64,000 nt of DNA from an uncultured Gemmatimonadales bacterium (GCA_963798915.1 CAWCVB010000006.1:256001-320000), one strand, 5' to 3'. Positions 20,197 to 30,938 are shown, numbered from the stretch's first letter. Translations and numbers: made by a program. Notes: generated by a model not told the origin, from the letters alone.

Positions 20197-21300
20197 TCAG
20201 GATGCGAACAGTGTCGTGAATAATGACACTATGTCGCGAGCGGCGTGCGGCCGACCCCGGGCCAGGGCCCTCGCCGCCATCCCTCGCCTCCCCTCGCCAT
20301 CCGCCATCAGGGGCTCCGCCACGGCCGCAAGACCCTCCTCCGCAAGCCGTGACTGCAAGAACATGCACGTCCCGCCGGCCGACTCCAGTGCGCGGGCATT
20401 ATGCGTCTGGTGGTCGGCCGCCGCCGAGGGTAGCGGGATCAGGACCGAAGGCAGGCCCCAGGCGCAGAGCTCCGCCACTGTCATCATGCCGGCCCGCGAG
20501 ATGACCAGATCCGCGACAGCATACGCGTCCGCCATCGGATCGAGAAAATCGAGAACCCGCACCGCCGGCGGGGCCTCCCACTTGGCGAATTCGGCGTAGG
20601 AAACCCGGCCGGTGATCCAGAGGACCTGCCACCCATCCCCAGGTCCGCGCTGCGTCAGCCAGCTGGCCACTGCCTGGTTGATGGCGCGTGAGCCCTGACT
20701 TCCACCGGTAATCAGCAGCACGGGCCGCTCTGCCGCGAAGCCCAGCCGTTCCATGGCGGCCGGGCGCCGGGTCGGATCGGGCGGCGTAATCGGATTGCCA
20801 GTATCGAAGAATCTCGTGGTGCGTGAATGCTGAAGCAGATGCTCCGCCTCGCTCACGCCGAGGTAGACATGCCGGACCTGGCGTGCCAGCAAACGGCTGG
20901 CGAGGCCCGGGTAGGCGTTCTGCTCCTGGATGGCCGTGGGAATCCCGTGCCGCGCGGCCCACCAGACCACCGGCAAGGATGCGTAGCCGCCCGTGCCGAG
21001 CACTGCCACCGGGGCTTCAGTCCGGAACAACTGCGCCAGGCCGCTTGCGAGCCTTCCCATGACAAACGGCCATCGGGCGTTCCGCCACCAGGCCCGGCGA
21101 TGCAGCGGCTGGCTTGGCAGGAGCGTGAACCGGAAGTCCCGCGAAGGCAGGATCCTCGACTCGACACCGCGCTGGGCGCCCACCAGATAGGGCTCGATTT
21201 CCGGATGCTGCTCCCGCAGCTGGGTGGCGATGGCAAGCGCCGGCATCAGGTGGCCACCAGTTCCACCGCCGGCCACGAAAACCACCGGACGCGAGCTCAT
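20197..21300 (-). CDS. murG: MurG N-acetylglucosaminyltransferase
   Basis: GGGTGGH, GTGGYAS, EQNAYPG, GGSQGS, SRAG, HQTHNA. Confidence 0.97.
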   Translation of the reverse strand: MSSRPVVFVAGGGTGGHLMPALAIATQLREQHPEIEPYLVGAQRGVESRILPSRDFRFTLLPSQPLHRRAWWRNARWPFVMGRLASGLAQLFRTEAPVAVLGTGGYASLPVVWWAARHGIPTAIQEQNAYPGLASRLLARQVRHVYLGVSEAEHLLQHSRTTRFFDTGNPITPPDPTRRPAAMERLGFAAERPVLLITGGSQGSRAINQAVASWLTQRGPGDGWQVLWITGRVSYAEFAKWEAPPAVRVLDFLDPMADAYAVADLVISRAGMMTVAELCAWGLPSVLIPLPSAAADHQTHNARALESAGGTCMFLQSRLAEEGLAAVAEPLMADGEGRRGMAARALARGRPHAARDIVSLFTTLFAS

Positions 21301-22472
21301 CCCTCGGCGGGACGGCGCTCGACCGCCGGTCGGCGGGTCCGCGGCCGGCCGCGCTGGCGGCCGATATTGATGAGGATACCCACGCTCGCGAGCGCGATGA
21401 CCTGGCTGGTGCGGCCATAGGACATGAAGGGCAGGGTGAGGCCAGTCGTCGGCATCATCCCGAGCGTCACGGCCATGTGCATGAACGCCGTCACGCCAAC
21501 GGTGGCGGTCAGGCCCACGGCCAGGAACTGGCCGAACGCATCAGAGGCCGTACGGGCAATTCGGAATCCAAGCCAGCAGAAGGTGGCGTACAGGCCGATG
21601 ACCAAGGCGACGCCGATGAAACCCCATTCCTCGCCAATATGACTGAATAGAAAATCGGAATAGGCGTAAGGCAGGTAGCCCATCTTCTGGGAGCCGTGTC
21701 CCAGCCCGACTCCGAACAGCTGGCCCGAGCCGAAGCCGATGATCGACTGCTGAATCTGAAAGCCCGCATTGCTGGCGCCGCCGCCGTGAAGGTAGGTCTG
21801 CAAGCGCGCCAGGCGATACGGTGTTGACTGGATCCGGTCATAGGCGAGCAGCACACCGCAAACCAGCAGCAGCACAAAATGGCCAACCCGTGCTCCGGCC
21901 GCGAAGAGCACGATGCCGCCCAGGAGTGCGACCAACGTAGCCATCGACAAGTTGGGCTCCAGCAGCACCAGCACGAAGATGAGCCCCAGAATGACCACGA
22001 ACGGAAGGATGCCCTTGCGGAACTGGCGCAGCTGCTCGCCTTTCTTGGTGACGAGCATCGCGCACCAGATCACGACCACCAGCCTCGCGATTTCCGACGG
22101 CTGAAAGCTCAGCGGTCCGACGCGCAGCCAGCGGTTGGCGCCATTGATCGTCGGTGCGACGCGGCCCGTGCCGGGAAGGATCGGCACGAGCAGCAGGCAG
22201 AGCGTCAGGAGCAGCAGTGGCCATGCCATCCGTCGCCAGATGTCATAGTCAAGGCGGGAAAAAAGGATCAGGAGGACGCCGCCAAGCGCGGCACCGGAAA
22301 CCTGCACCAGGGCGTAGTGATACTCGACGACCCGACCACCATGGAGGGGGACGAGGCTCGACGCGCCGTACACGGCGACGATGCCGAAGACGACCAGCGT
22401 CAGGACCACCACCGCGAGCAGCCGCGTCTCCCAGCGCAGCTCGCCAGGATGCCGGATGGCGAGCGGAATCAC
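21297..22472 (-). CDS. ftsW: SEDS peptidoglycan glycosyltransferase FtsW
   Basis: GANRW, FQPSE, YLPYAYSDF, GEEWG, TGLTLPFMSYG. Confidence 0.95.
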   Translation of the reverse strand: MIPLAIRHPGELRWETRLLAVVVLTLVVFGIVAVYGASSLVPLHGGRVVEYHYALVQVSGAALGGVLLILFSRLDYDIWRRMAWPLLLLTLCLLLVPILPGTGRVAPTINGANRWLRVGPLSFQPSEIARLVVVIWCAMLVTKKGEQLRQFRKGILPFVVILGLIFVLVLLEPNLSMATLVALLGGIVLFAAGARVGHFVLLLVCGVLLAYDRIQSTPYRLARLQTYLHGGGASNAGFQIQQSIIGFGSGQLFGVGLGHGSQKMGYLPYAYSDFLFSHIGEEWGFIGVALVIGLYATFCWLGFRIARTASDAFGQFLAVGLTATVGVTAFMHMAVTLGMMPTTGLTLPFMSYGRTSQVIALASVGILINIGRQRGRPRTRRPAVERRPAEG

Positions 22473-23818
22473 TGGGCGTTTACCCAGGCGCGAAAGGCTT
22501 CCCCCCGCGCCTCGTAGTTCTCGAACATGTCGTAGCTGGAGCAGGCTGGAGAAAGGAGCACGGCGTCGCCCGGCTCCGCCGCCGCGCGGGCACGCGTCAG
22601 GACCTCGTCAAACGTGGTCCCCCGCTCCACTCTTACCAGGTGCCCCAGGTCGGTGTGAATCTGCTCACCCGCCTCACCGTAGGCGATGACGAGCCGGCAT
22701 CGATCCCGCAACAGCGTGCCCAGCCGGGTATACGGCTCGCCCTTGTGTCGCCCGCCGAGCAGCAGCACAAACGGTCGGTCCTGAGCCCGGATGGCAACCT
22801 CGGTCGAGGTGACATTGGTGGATTTTGAGTCGTTGATCCAGAGGACACCACCTACTTCCCGGACTGGCTCCACCCGATGGGCAATGGCTCGGAACCGCGC
22901 AAGACCCTCCACGAGGTCCGTCCTCGGTACGCCGATTGCGCGCGCCGCGAGAGCCGCAGCCAAGGCATTGGCGACGTTGTGGTCGCCCAGGAGGGTGAGG
23001 CGATCGCGGGTCATCAACGGGTCGGCACCCAGCATCAGCATCCCAGCCGACCGGTCGTACCAACCCTCCGCCCTGCCCGCAATGGAAAAGTGCTCGATCC
23101 GTCCCGGCCGGCCGGCCAGCATCGCAGCCACGGCCGGATCATCGCCGTTGCCGATCCAGATGGAGTGGCTCGAGGCATTCCGGAACAGTTGCGCCTTGTC
23201 CTGATAATAGGCTTCGAGCGAGCTGTATCGATCGAGGTGATTGGGCGCGAGGTTGGTAAGTACCCCAACCACGGGATCCACGTGCGGCATGTCATGGAGC
23301 TGAAAACTGGACAGCTCGAGGGCGAGCCATTCAGGCGGGTCGGCCTGACGGGCAATTTCGCAGACTGCCGTGCCGATGTTGCCGGCGGTTTCAGCGCTCC
23401 AGCCCGCGGTCCGCAGCACTTCGCCCAGAAGCGAGGTCGTGGTGGTCTTGCCATTGGTGCCCGTGATGGCGACGTAGCGAGTGTCGCGAAGCTCGGTGAG
23501 TCCGAGGTCGGCCTCGGCATGGACCGGCACCGCCGCCTGCCGCGCTGCTTCAATCGGGGGCGCATCCGGAGGGACACCGGGCGCCACGACGGCCGCGACG
23601 GCCCGCTGGATTCGGTCGAGGTCATGGCCGCCGAGCTCCACGGCCGCTCCCGCCGCGCGCAGCATGGCGGCCCACGCCTGCTGGCGCTCCGATATCCCGG
23701 CGTCGCTGGCGTAGACGCGCACGCCGTGCTCCGCGAGCAGCAAGCCGGCCGCGAGGCCGCTCTTGCCCAGCCCGATCACGGCGACCTCTCGACCTTCGCC
23801 TCTCCACGCGCCAAGCAT
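22469..23818 (-). CDS. murD: UDP-MurNAc-L-Ala--D-glutamate ligase
   Basis: GLGKSG, ITGTNGKTTT, ELSSFQL, NDSKSTN, LSPACSSYDMF; TGATG overlap with mraY. Confidence 0.97.
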   Translation of the reverse strand: MLGAWRGEGREVAVIGLGKSGLAAGLLLAEHGVRVYASDAGISERQQAWAAMLRAAGAAVELGGHDLDRIQRAVAAVVAPGVPPDAPPIEAARQAAVPVHAEADLGLTELRDTRYVAITGTNGKTTTTSLLGEVLRTAGWSAETAGNIGTAVCEIARQADPPEWLALELSSFQLHDMPHVDPVVGVLTNLAPNHLDRYSSLEAYYQDKAQLFRNASSHSIWIGNGDDPAVAAMLAGRPGRIEHFSIAGRAEGWYDRSAGMLMLGADPLMTRDRLTLLGDHNVANALAAALAARAIGVPRTDLVEGLARFRAIAHRVEPVREVGGVLWINDSKSTNVTSTEVAIRAQDRPFVLLLGGRHKGEPYTRLGTLLRDRCRLVIAYGEAGEQIHTDLGHLVRVERGTTFDEVLTRARAAAEPGDAVLLSPACSSYDMFENYEARGEAFRAWVNAQ

Positions 23819-24945
23819 CAACGCACCTTCAATGTCGCGAATGCCACGAGGGCACATAAAATGCCGAGAATGTAGAACCGGGTGACGACCGTCGTCTCGG
23901 CCCAGCCAAGTTTCTCGAAATGGTGATGCAGCGGTGCCATGCGAAAGACGCGGTGCGAGTCAGCATATTCCTTCCCCCGGGTGCGCTTGTTCCACTTGTA
24001 TACCGAGGTCTGCAACAGGACCGATACGGCTTCTGCCGCGAACACGCCGCCAATGATCAACAGCAGGAATTCCGCCTTGAGCAGGATCGCGACCGTCCCA
24101 AGCGCGCCACCGATAGCCAGGCTGCCGGTGTCACCCATGAATACCTGCGCCGGATGCGCATTGAACCAGAGAAAGCCCAGACAGGCGCCCATCAGCGCGG
24201 CGCAGAAGATGGCCAGCTCACCCGCGCCGTTGAGGTGATAGAGAAAGAGATAGCTGGTCAGGTCAGTCCGGGCGAGAATGTAGGCAAAGACGGCGAAGGC
24301 GAGCGCCGCCACCGCAGCAAGACCGGTCGCCAATCCGTCGAGTCCGTCCGTCAGGTTCACCGCGTTGCTGCTGCCGGTGATCACCAGGGTGACAAAGAGG
24401 ACATAGACCAGCGGCGCAAAATTGACAACGGCGTACTTGAAGAAGGGCAGCGTCGTGGCCGTTTCCGGCAGGACCGAGGGGAGGACGACGGGCCGGACCA
24501 GCAGCAGCAGGCCCAGGAGCACGCCGAAACCAATCTGGCCGGCGAGCTTCCACCGGGCCACCAACCCTCGCGATTTGCCCTGGATGATCTTCAGGTAATC
24601 GTCGAGAAAGCCGATCGAACCCATCCAGAGCAGCGACAGCAGGGCCACCAGCACGAACCGATTGTCCAGCTGCGCCCAGAGCAGCGTCGGCACCACCGTG
24701 GCAAGCAGGATGATGACGCCACCCATGGTGGGCGTGCCACGCTTGCTCTGATGGCTCGCGGGCCCCTCGGCACGGATGACCTGCCCCACCCGCCGCTCTC
24801 GCAGCCGGCGAATGACCGCCGGACCAATGAAAAAGGCAATGAGCAGTGCCGTGACCACCGCACCGGCCGCTCGAAAGCTGATGTAGTTGAAAAGATTGAA
24901 GAGAATGTGCGTCTTGCCGAGCGGGGCCAGCAGATAGTAGAGCAT
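23818..24945 (-). CDS. mraY: Phospho-N-acetylmuramoyl-pentapeptide transferase
   Basis: GTPTMGG, GFLDDY, NAVNLTDGLDGL, VFMGDTGS, MAPLHHHFE. Confidence 0.98.
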   Translation of the reverse strand: MLYYLLAPLGKTHILFNLFNYISFRAAGAVVTALLIAFFIGPAVIRRLRERRVGQVIRAEGPASHQSKRGTPTMGGVIILLATVVPTLLWAQLDNRFVLVALLSLLWMGSIGFLDDYLKIIQGKSRGLVARWKLAGQIGFGVLLGLLLLVRPVVLPSVLPETATTLPFFKYAVVNFAPLVYVLFVTLVITGSSNAVNLTDGLDGLATGLAAVAALAFAVFAYILARTDLTSYLFLYHLNGAGELAIFCAALMGACLGFLWFNAHPAQVFMGDTGSLAIGGALGTVAILLKAEFLLLIIGGVFAAEAVSVLLQTSVYKWNKRTRGKEYADSHRVFRMAPLHHHFEKLGWAETTVVTRFYILGILCALVAFATLKVR

Positions 24946-26303
24946 CAGGCCTCGGTCGATCGAACGTTGGAAAAAGGCAGCAGCGGAAGTATACGCTCAA
25001 GGGCAACACCACGGGACGCCTTGAGGACCACCAGTTCATTGCCGGTGAGCCGTTCGACCAGGAGCGGGGCAAGGGCCACCGGATCCGCTGCGGTGAGCAG
25101 CCGTTCGCCAAGGGCCGCCCGGTAGGGCTCGACCGACGGCACGAAGCTGCCGACAACCGCCAGCAGATCGGGCTTCAGCAGCACCAGTTGTTCGGCCACC
25201 TGCGCATGCAGCCATTCCGAGTCGGCTCCCAACTCGCGCATGGTGCCGGCAACAAACACCAGCCGGCGCTCGCGCCGCATGGCCTTGGCGGTGGCGATGG
25301 CTGAAAGGAATGACTGGGGATTGGCATTGTAGCAGTCATTCAGGATCGTCAGTCCCCCCTGCTGGATGACCTCACTCCTGCCACCGGGCAACCGCAGCTG
25401 CTCCAGGGCGGCGGCCGCGGCCGGCAGATCCAGGGCCAGTTCCTCAGCCACGGCCCACGCCAGCATGGCATTGTTTGCCAGGTGCCGTCCGGGCAGCGGC
25501 AGGCGTATGCGGTGTTCGCCGGCCAGAAACGATGCCCGCCCGAGTGCATCCAGCTCCACCTCGCGCGCCTTTCGCTCGGCGGCCTGGGCACCTGCGGTCA
25601 CCACCCGCCGAGCCAGGTGCCGGGCGCGCTCCGCCAGAGAAGGAGGCTCCGTCCCGACAATCGCCAGTGGTACATCCCGCAGCAACGAGAGTTTCTCAGC
25701 CAGCACGCCCTCGAGCGAACCAAACCCCTCCAGATGACCCTCAGCCGCGTTGGTGATGATACCAATGGTGGGTGCAATGATCTCCCGGTAGCGCTCGATT
25801 TCGCCCGGGAGATTCGCACCTGCCTCGACCACCAGCGCTTCGGTGTCCCCGGGCGCTTCCAGGATGGTCAGCGGCACACCCACCAGGTTGTTGTAGTTGA
25901 GCCGGGTGGCGTGGGTACGGAATCGGGTTCTGAGTACCGCCGCGACCATCTCCTTGGTGCTCGTCTTCCCGTTGGTGCCGGTGATAGCCACCACCGGGCC
26001 GGCCACGCTCGCCCGGCGTGCGTGCGCCAGGTCCCCGTAGGCGTGCAGAGTGTCGGGAACCTCGATGAGCTCCAGCCCATCGACCGGTGGCGTGCCCTGA
26101 CGCACGATCGCCGCCTTTGCATCGCGGGCACGTGCATCGGCAAGATGTCGGTGGCCGTCGTGCTTCTCGCCGGCGAGTGCCACGAAAAGCGCGCCGGCCG
26201 TCAACGTCCGGGTATCGGTCGAGATCGACGTAAACCCGGTTGCGTTCACCACGCGGTCGGATCCGAGGGCCTCCGCCACCCGTGCGCCAGTCCAGAACGT
26301 CAT
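24945..26303 (-). CDS. murF: UDP-MurNAc-tripeptide--D-Ala-D-Ala ligase
   Basis: ITGTNGKTSTKE, NNLVGVPLT, NDCYNANP, LKASRG. Confidence 0.96.
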   Translation of the reverse strand: MTFWTGARVAEALGSDRVVNATGFTSISTDTRTLTAGALFVALAGEKHDGHRHLADARARDAKAAIVRQGTPPVDGLELIEVPDTLHAYGDLAHARRASVAGPVVAITGTNGKTSTKEMVAAVLRTRFRTHATRLNYNNLVGVPLTILEAPGDTEALVVEAGANLPGEIERYREIIAPTIGIITNAAEGHLEGFGSLEGVLAEKLSLLRDVPLAIVGTEPPSLAERARHLARRVVTAGAQAAERKAREVELDALGRASFLAGEHRIRLPLPGRHLANNAMLAWAVAEELALDLPAAAAALEQLRLPGGRSEVIQQGGLTILNDCYNANPQSFLSAIATAKAMRRERRLVFVAGTMRELGADSEWLHAQVAEQLVLLKPDLLAVVGSFVPSVEPYRAALGERLLTAADPVALAPLLVERLTGNELVVLKASRGVALERILPLLPFSNVRSTEA

Positions 26304-27751
26304 GCCCCGGTGAACTCCCGCACGATCTCGCGCTCGTCGAACGGTAGCTTGTCGGTGCCAATCACTTGATACGTCTCGTGACCCTTGCCGGCCAGCAGCA
26401 CCGTATCCCCGGGGCGGGCGACGGCGAGCGCCTCGCGAATCGCCTCGCGCCGATCGACCATCTGCCGCCTCGGCACGTTACCCATGCCGGCCACGATCTC
26501 GTTGAGAATCTGTTCCGGATCTTCCGTGCGCGGGTTGTCACTCGTGACGATCGCCAGGTCGGAACGCTCAGCCGCAATCCGGCCCATCATCGGTCGCTTG
26601 CCCGGGTCCCGGTCGCCACCGCAGCCGAATACCACGATCAGGCGGCCGGTCGTGAGGGGGCGCAGCGTGTCCAGCGCACGCTCGAGGGAGTCAGGCGTGT
26701 GTGAATAGTCGCGCAGTACCACGGCGGGTGCGTCACTGATCCGCTCCATCCGGCCGGGAACCTGTGGCGCCGTATCCAGCCGCGCGGCGACCGCGCGGAG
26801 GGGGAGGCCGAGCGCCAATGCGCAGGCCGCGGCGCCGAGAGCATTGGACAGATTGAAGTCCCCCAGCAGGGGCAGGTTGACATCCGCGCTGCCAAAGACC
26901 CCCTCGAGGCGAAAACGGCATCCGCCGGCATCAAGAGAAATGCCTGTGGCATGCACATCCCCCGCTGCGTGGCGCCCGAACGTGATCCGGCGTACGTCAC
27001 GCCGCATGGAGCGCCACGCCGTATCCTCGGCGTTGATCACTGCGACGCCGTCATTGGTCAGGAGGGTCGCCAGCCGCAACTTGGACGCGAGGTACGCTTC
27101 CATCGTCCCATGGTAGTCGAGATGGTCGCGAGTAAGGTTGGTGAAGACACCGGCACGAAAGGCCAGCCCGTCGAGGCGCCCCTGCTGAAGCGCATGGCTC
27201 GAGGCCTCCATGGCAACGCTGCGGCATCCGCGGTCGCGCAGCACAGCCAGCGTTGCCTGTATGTCGACAGGCCCGGGGGTAGTGAGAGAGCCAGCGGTGG
27301 ATTCCACGGAGTTGCCCTCGCCGTCAAACGCTCCCAGCGTCCCGATGCTGCCGGCTGCGCCGGCCTGGTCCAGCAAGTGACGCAGCAGGCTGACCGTCGT
27401 GGTCTTGCCGTTGGTCCCGGTGACGCCGATCAACGTCAACGCATCGCCTGGATTGCCGTACCAGGTGCGCGCCAGCGCCTGTGCCGCCAGCCGACCGCTG
27501 GTGACAATGATCTCGGGTACGCCGCTCCCGCTGGGACGCTCCGCTACCACCAAGACAGCGCCCCGTGTCACAGCGTCCGTGATAAAATCATGGCCATCCG
27601 CCTGGCTCCCCTGCACGGCGAGGTAGGCGTAGCCGGGATGTACAGTTCGCGAATCTGCCGACAGGCCGCTGATGGCGGGCAGAGCCGCGGGCATCTGCAG
27701 CAGCAGGCCGTCGCGCGCGAGAGCGTCCACGAGCAGGGAAAATTCCTTCAT
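26300..27751 (-). CDS. murE: UDP-MurNAc-dipeptide--meso-diaminopimelate ligase
   Basis: GTNGKTT, LTTP, MEASSH, DHLDYH, DNPR (mDAP-type), AGKGHE; ATG 27751. Confidence 0.97.
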   Translation of the reverse strand: MKEFSLLVDALARDGLLLQMPAALPAISGLSADSRTVHPGYAYLAVQGSQADGHDFITDAVTRGAVLVVAERPSGSGVPEIIVTSGRLAAQALARTWYGNPGDALTLIGVTGTNGKTTTVSLLRHLLDQAGAAGSIGTLGAFDGEGNSVESTAGSLTTPGPVDIQATLAVLRDRGCRSVAMEASSHALQQGRLDGLAFRAGVFTNLTRDHLDYHGTMEAYLASKLRLATLLTNDGVAVINAEDTAWRSMRRDVRRITFGRHAAGDVHATGISLDAGGCRFRLEGVFGSADVNLPLLGDFNLSNALGAAACALALGLPLRAVAARLDTAPQVPGRMERISDAPAVVLRDYSHTPDSLERALDTLRPLTTGRLIVVFGCGGDRDPGKRPMMGRIAAERSDLAIVTSDNPRTEDPEQILNEIVAGMGNVPRRQMVDRREAIREALAVARPGDTVLLAGKGHETYQVIGTDKLPFDEREIVREFTGA

Positions 27752-29739
27752 GGAGTGCGTGTCACCTGGCCTGACGTGTGAAGAGTGACGGTGGCTCCGC
27801 GCAGGAGGCTGCTTCCGTCCGCCGGCTCGGTGCTGGTCACACGTCCCGGCCCGTCGGCCAGCCGAACGCGCAGGCCCGCCTTGAACATGAGCACAGCAGC
27901 GGCGCGTGTGTCGCGGCCTACCACGTCCGGAACGCGGGCCGTGTCCGGTGCGCTGGTTGGCTGTGCCTGGGCCGGCCACCGGGCTCGCACCATTGGCGCC
28001 TCCGGTGCTTGCGCCGAAGCTTGTTCGAACGGCGACGGCGACGATGGTGTCGAGGGCGACGCCAGTTCAGTGGTCCGCAGCGCGCGATTCTGGGAGGCCA
28101 GCGCCTCCTCGAGCATCGCGCGCGTCAGCGGAGCGGCAGTCTGCGCCGCGTAATACGCGACCCTGGGACGATCGATCTTCACCACGGCGACGATCTGCGG
28201 ATGGTCCGCCGGCCAGATCGCCGCAAACGAAGCCACGTACTGCCCTGCCCCGTAGCTCCCGTCGACCGCGATCTTGGCCGTCCCGGTCTTGCCGACCAGT
28301 TCGTAGTTCTGGATCTGGCCGCGTTCTCCGGTGCCACCGGCGCCGACTGCGCCCTTGAGATATCTTCGCAGCACGGCAGCAATCTCCTCCGGAAGCACCC
28401 GCCGCACTGGTTCCGGTGCGTGGCGGTACAGGACAGCGCCGTCAGGCGCGCGCACTTCCTTGACGAGGGTTGGAGCGTACAGTACGCCGCCGTTGGCGAT
28501 CACAGCATATGCGGCGGCAAGCTGGATGGCGGTTACCGACAGGTTGTAGCCTCGAGACAAGCTCTCCAGCGTGTAGTCCCTTGTCCATTCCGGCGGCTCT
28601 GGGCGCGGCAGTTGACCACGCGACTCGCCCGGGAAACCTACGCCGGTGTAGGAGCCAAAGCCGAACGCCCGAAGGGTTTCGTAGAGCTGCTCATTGGTCA
28701 GCCGTCGGGCAAACTTCGCCATCGCAATGTTGCTTGAGACTTCAATCGCCTGGGCCAGCGTCAGTCCGCCGTGCGTCTTATGGTCGTCACGAATGTGGTA
28801 CGGCCGGCCGTAGGTAGTCGGCACCAGCCAGTCACCATCTTCTCCACTCACGGTATCGCTGCTGTCCACCGCGTGATGCAGCAGGAGCGCGGCCGCGGTA
28901 AACAGCTTGGCGGTGGATCCCGGCTCGTAGGGCGTGGCAAAGGCGGAGGCGCTCGATTGCTCCCCGCTCACCCGCGATGCCACCGCCAGCAGTTCGCCGG
29001 TGGACGGGTCGAGGAACACCACATCGCCACTGCTGGCCTCAAGGGAGTCGAGCGCCGCGTCCAGCCCGCGCTCGGCAATTTCCTGCAGCCTGGCGTCGAG
29101 CGTGAGCACCACGCTGTTGCCCGCCACGGGAGCTCGCACCAGGCGTGACGGGGAGTCAAAGCGCCTGCCAAGATGATCCCGGAGCTGCACGGTTTCGCCA
29201 GGGATTCCGGTCAGGAGCGAATCCAGGGCGCCCTCCAGGCCGCTGGCGCCAACCGCGGTATCGGGCTCCAGCGTTCCGAGGGTCCGATCCGCCAGGTCCC
29301 CCATGGGATGAACGCGACGCAGGAACGACTCGAGGTGTACGCCGTCCAACGAACGAATCGACTGGACGTCCAGTGCGGTATAGGGACCGAAGAAGTACAC
29401 CGAACGGGCGCCGGAGCCGAGACGGCTGCCAATCTCGCGGCTGTCCTCATGCAGCGCCCGCCCGACGATCCGCGCCAGGGCGGCACGGTCCGTCACTTGC
29501 TCCGGCGCCAGGGAGACGTGATACACCTCCTGCGTCTCGGCCAGCGGTAGCATGCCACGGTCGTACAGCGCGCCCCGCCGTGCGGGCAGCGGCTCGGTCA
29601 CGGTGCGCCCGCGCTCGGCGCGCTCGGCATACTCGCCGCCCCGCACCAGCTGAAGCTGCGCTGCCCGGGCCACCACGGCCAGGATCCCCGCTGACAGGCA
29701 GAAGCGGATGAAGCCGAGGCGCGCCGCCGCCTTGGACAC
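27748..29739 (-). CDS. ftsI: Class B PBP FtsI with C-terminal PASTA domain
   Basis: RRGALYDR, EPGSTAK (SxxK), SSN, GKTGT; VPDVVG PASTA. Confidence 0.93.
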   Translation of the reverse strand: MSKAAARLGFIRFCLSAGILAVVARAAQLQLVRGGEYAERAERGRTVTEPLPARRGALYDRGMLPLAETQEVYHVSLAPEQVTDRAALARIVGRALHEDSREIGSRLGSGARSVYFFGPYTALDVQSIRSLDGVHLESFLRRVHPMGDLADRTLGTLEPDTAVGASGLEGALDSLLTGIPGETVQLRDHLGRRFDSPSRLVRAPVAGNSVVLTLDARLQEIAERGLDAALDSLEASSGDVVFLDPSTGELLAVASRVSGEQSSASAFATPYEPGSTAKLFTAAALLLHHAVDSSDTVSGEDGDWLVPTTYGRPYHIRDDHKTHGGLTLAQAIEVSSNIAMAKFARRLTNEQLYETLRAFGFGSYTGVGFPGESRGQLPRPEPPEWTRDYTLESLSRGYNLSVTAIQLAAAYAVIANGGVLYAPTLVKEVRAPDGAVLYRHAPEPVRRVLPEEIAAVLRRYLKGAVGAGGTGERGQIQNYELVGKTGTAKIAVDGSYGAGQYVASFAAIWPADHPQIVAVVKIDRPRVAYYAAQTAAPLTRAMLEEALASQNRALRTTELASPSTPSSPSPFEQASAQAPEAPMVRARWPAQAQPTSAPDTARVPDVVGRDTRAAAVLMFKAGLRVRLADGPGRVTSTEPADGSSLLRGATVTLHTSGQVTRTP

Positions 29740-30024
29740 TCAGTGCTCCTCGGCGGGTATGGGGAAAATGACGATTTCACCGCCGCTGGCCACGCGCATG
29801 CCCATGGCTGTGGCCTTCCGCCCGATCACCTCACGGCTGGACTCATGCTGGATGGCGCGAGTGAGCTCCGCCATTTCAGCCTCCAGCACCCGGCGCCGCT
29901 CGCGGACCTCCCGCAGCTGGCCTGCCACCAGGTGCGCTCGCGTCTGGCGGGCGATGACCATGGTGGCCACGCCCAGGAAGGCGATGAGCCAGAGGATGAG
30001 CCAGTGCCTCCCCCTAAGCTTCAT
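29740..30024 (-). CDS. ftsL: Cell division protein FtsL-like
   Basis: TM plus coiled coil, between rsmH and ftsI. Confidence 0.75.
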   Translation of the reverse strand: MKLRGRHWLILWLIAFLGVATMVIARQTRAHLVAGQLREVRERRRVLEAEMAELTRAIQHESSREVIGRKATAMGMRVASGGEIVIFPIPAEEH

Positions 30025-30925
30025 GAGCTTTCCGGAATACGCGGAGGCGGGCGCTTCGCGCCCGCGGATTTTCCGCGATTTCAGCGTCGTCGGCCATGAT
30101 GGCTTTGTGCGGTTCGGTGTGGCCGGACGGCCGGCGTCCGCAGGTGCAGACCGGCTGCCGGGGAGGACAGATGCAGCCGCGCTCCCACTCCCGGAACGCG
30201 CGCTTGACCAGTCGGTCCTCGCCGGAATGATAGCTGATCACCGCGAGCCCGCCTCCCGGCACGAGCGATTCCAGGAAACGGGGCAGCGCCGCGCCCAATC
30301 CCGCAAGCTCGTCGTTGGTGGCAATGCGAACTGCCTGGAAAAGCCGGGCAAAATCGCCCGGACCTGCGCGCGCCCCGAGCACCGCGCGAATGGCGTTCAC
30401 CAGATCATCGCTGGTGCTGAAGATCTGTCGTTCACGCCGGCGCACGATCTCGCGCGCGAGGGCGCGGGCGCGGCGCTCGTCCCCGAACTCCCGGAACCAG
30501 TGCTCGAGCTCCACTGGCTCAGCACGCTGCAGGAGTTCGCCGGCCGAAGGACCGCCCGGGCCCATTCGCATGTCCAGCCTGGCGCCAGGCCGAAAGCTGA
30601 AGCCGCGGGCATCCTCATCAAGTTGCCGGGACGAGACGCCCAGATCGAGCAGGATGAAGTCGGGGCGAAACCGGCGGACCGCCTCCAGCGCTTCGGCAGC
30701 AGCGTATGCAGCGGTGAGGTACGACATTCCCGTGGCGCCGAGCCGCTCGCGGGCCCGCGCGATGGCAGCGGGGTCCCGGTCGATGCCCAGCACCTCAGCT
30801 CCCCGGCCGAGGAATGCCGCCGCGTGGCCGCCGTCGCCGAGGGTGCCATCGACGATTCGGTGGGCCTCGCCGGCAGCGGCAAGGACGGCGTCCAGCAGCA
30901 CGGGTGTATGATAGGCGAAGGACAT
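30014..30925 (-). CDS. rsmH: 16S rRNA m4C1402 methyltransferase
   Basis: HTPVLL, DGTLGDGGH, DLGVSS, RGFSF, SYHSGEDR, NPRARSARLR. Confidence 0.97.
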   Translation of the reverse strand: MSFAYHTPVLLDAVLAAAGEAHRIVDGTLGDGGHAAAFLGRGAEVLGIDRDPAAIARARERLGATGMSYLTAAYAAAEALEAVRRFRPDFILLDLGVSSRQLDEDARGFSFRPGARLDMRMGPGGPSAGELLQRAEPVELEHWFREFGDERRARALAREIVRRRERQIFSTSDDLVNAIRAVLGARAGPGDFARLFQAVRIATNDELAGLGAALPRFLESLVPGGGLAVISYHSGEDRLVKRAFREWERGCICPPRQPVCTCGRRPSGHTEPHKAIMADDAEIAENPRARSARLRVFRKAHEA

Positions 30926-30938
30926 GGGTCTGGGATCC

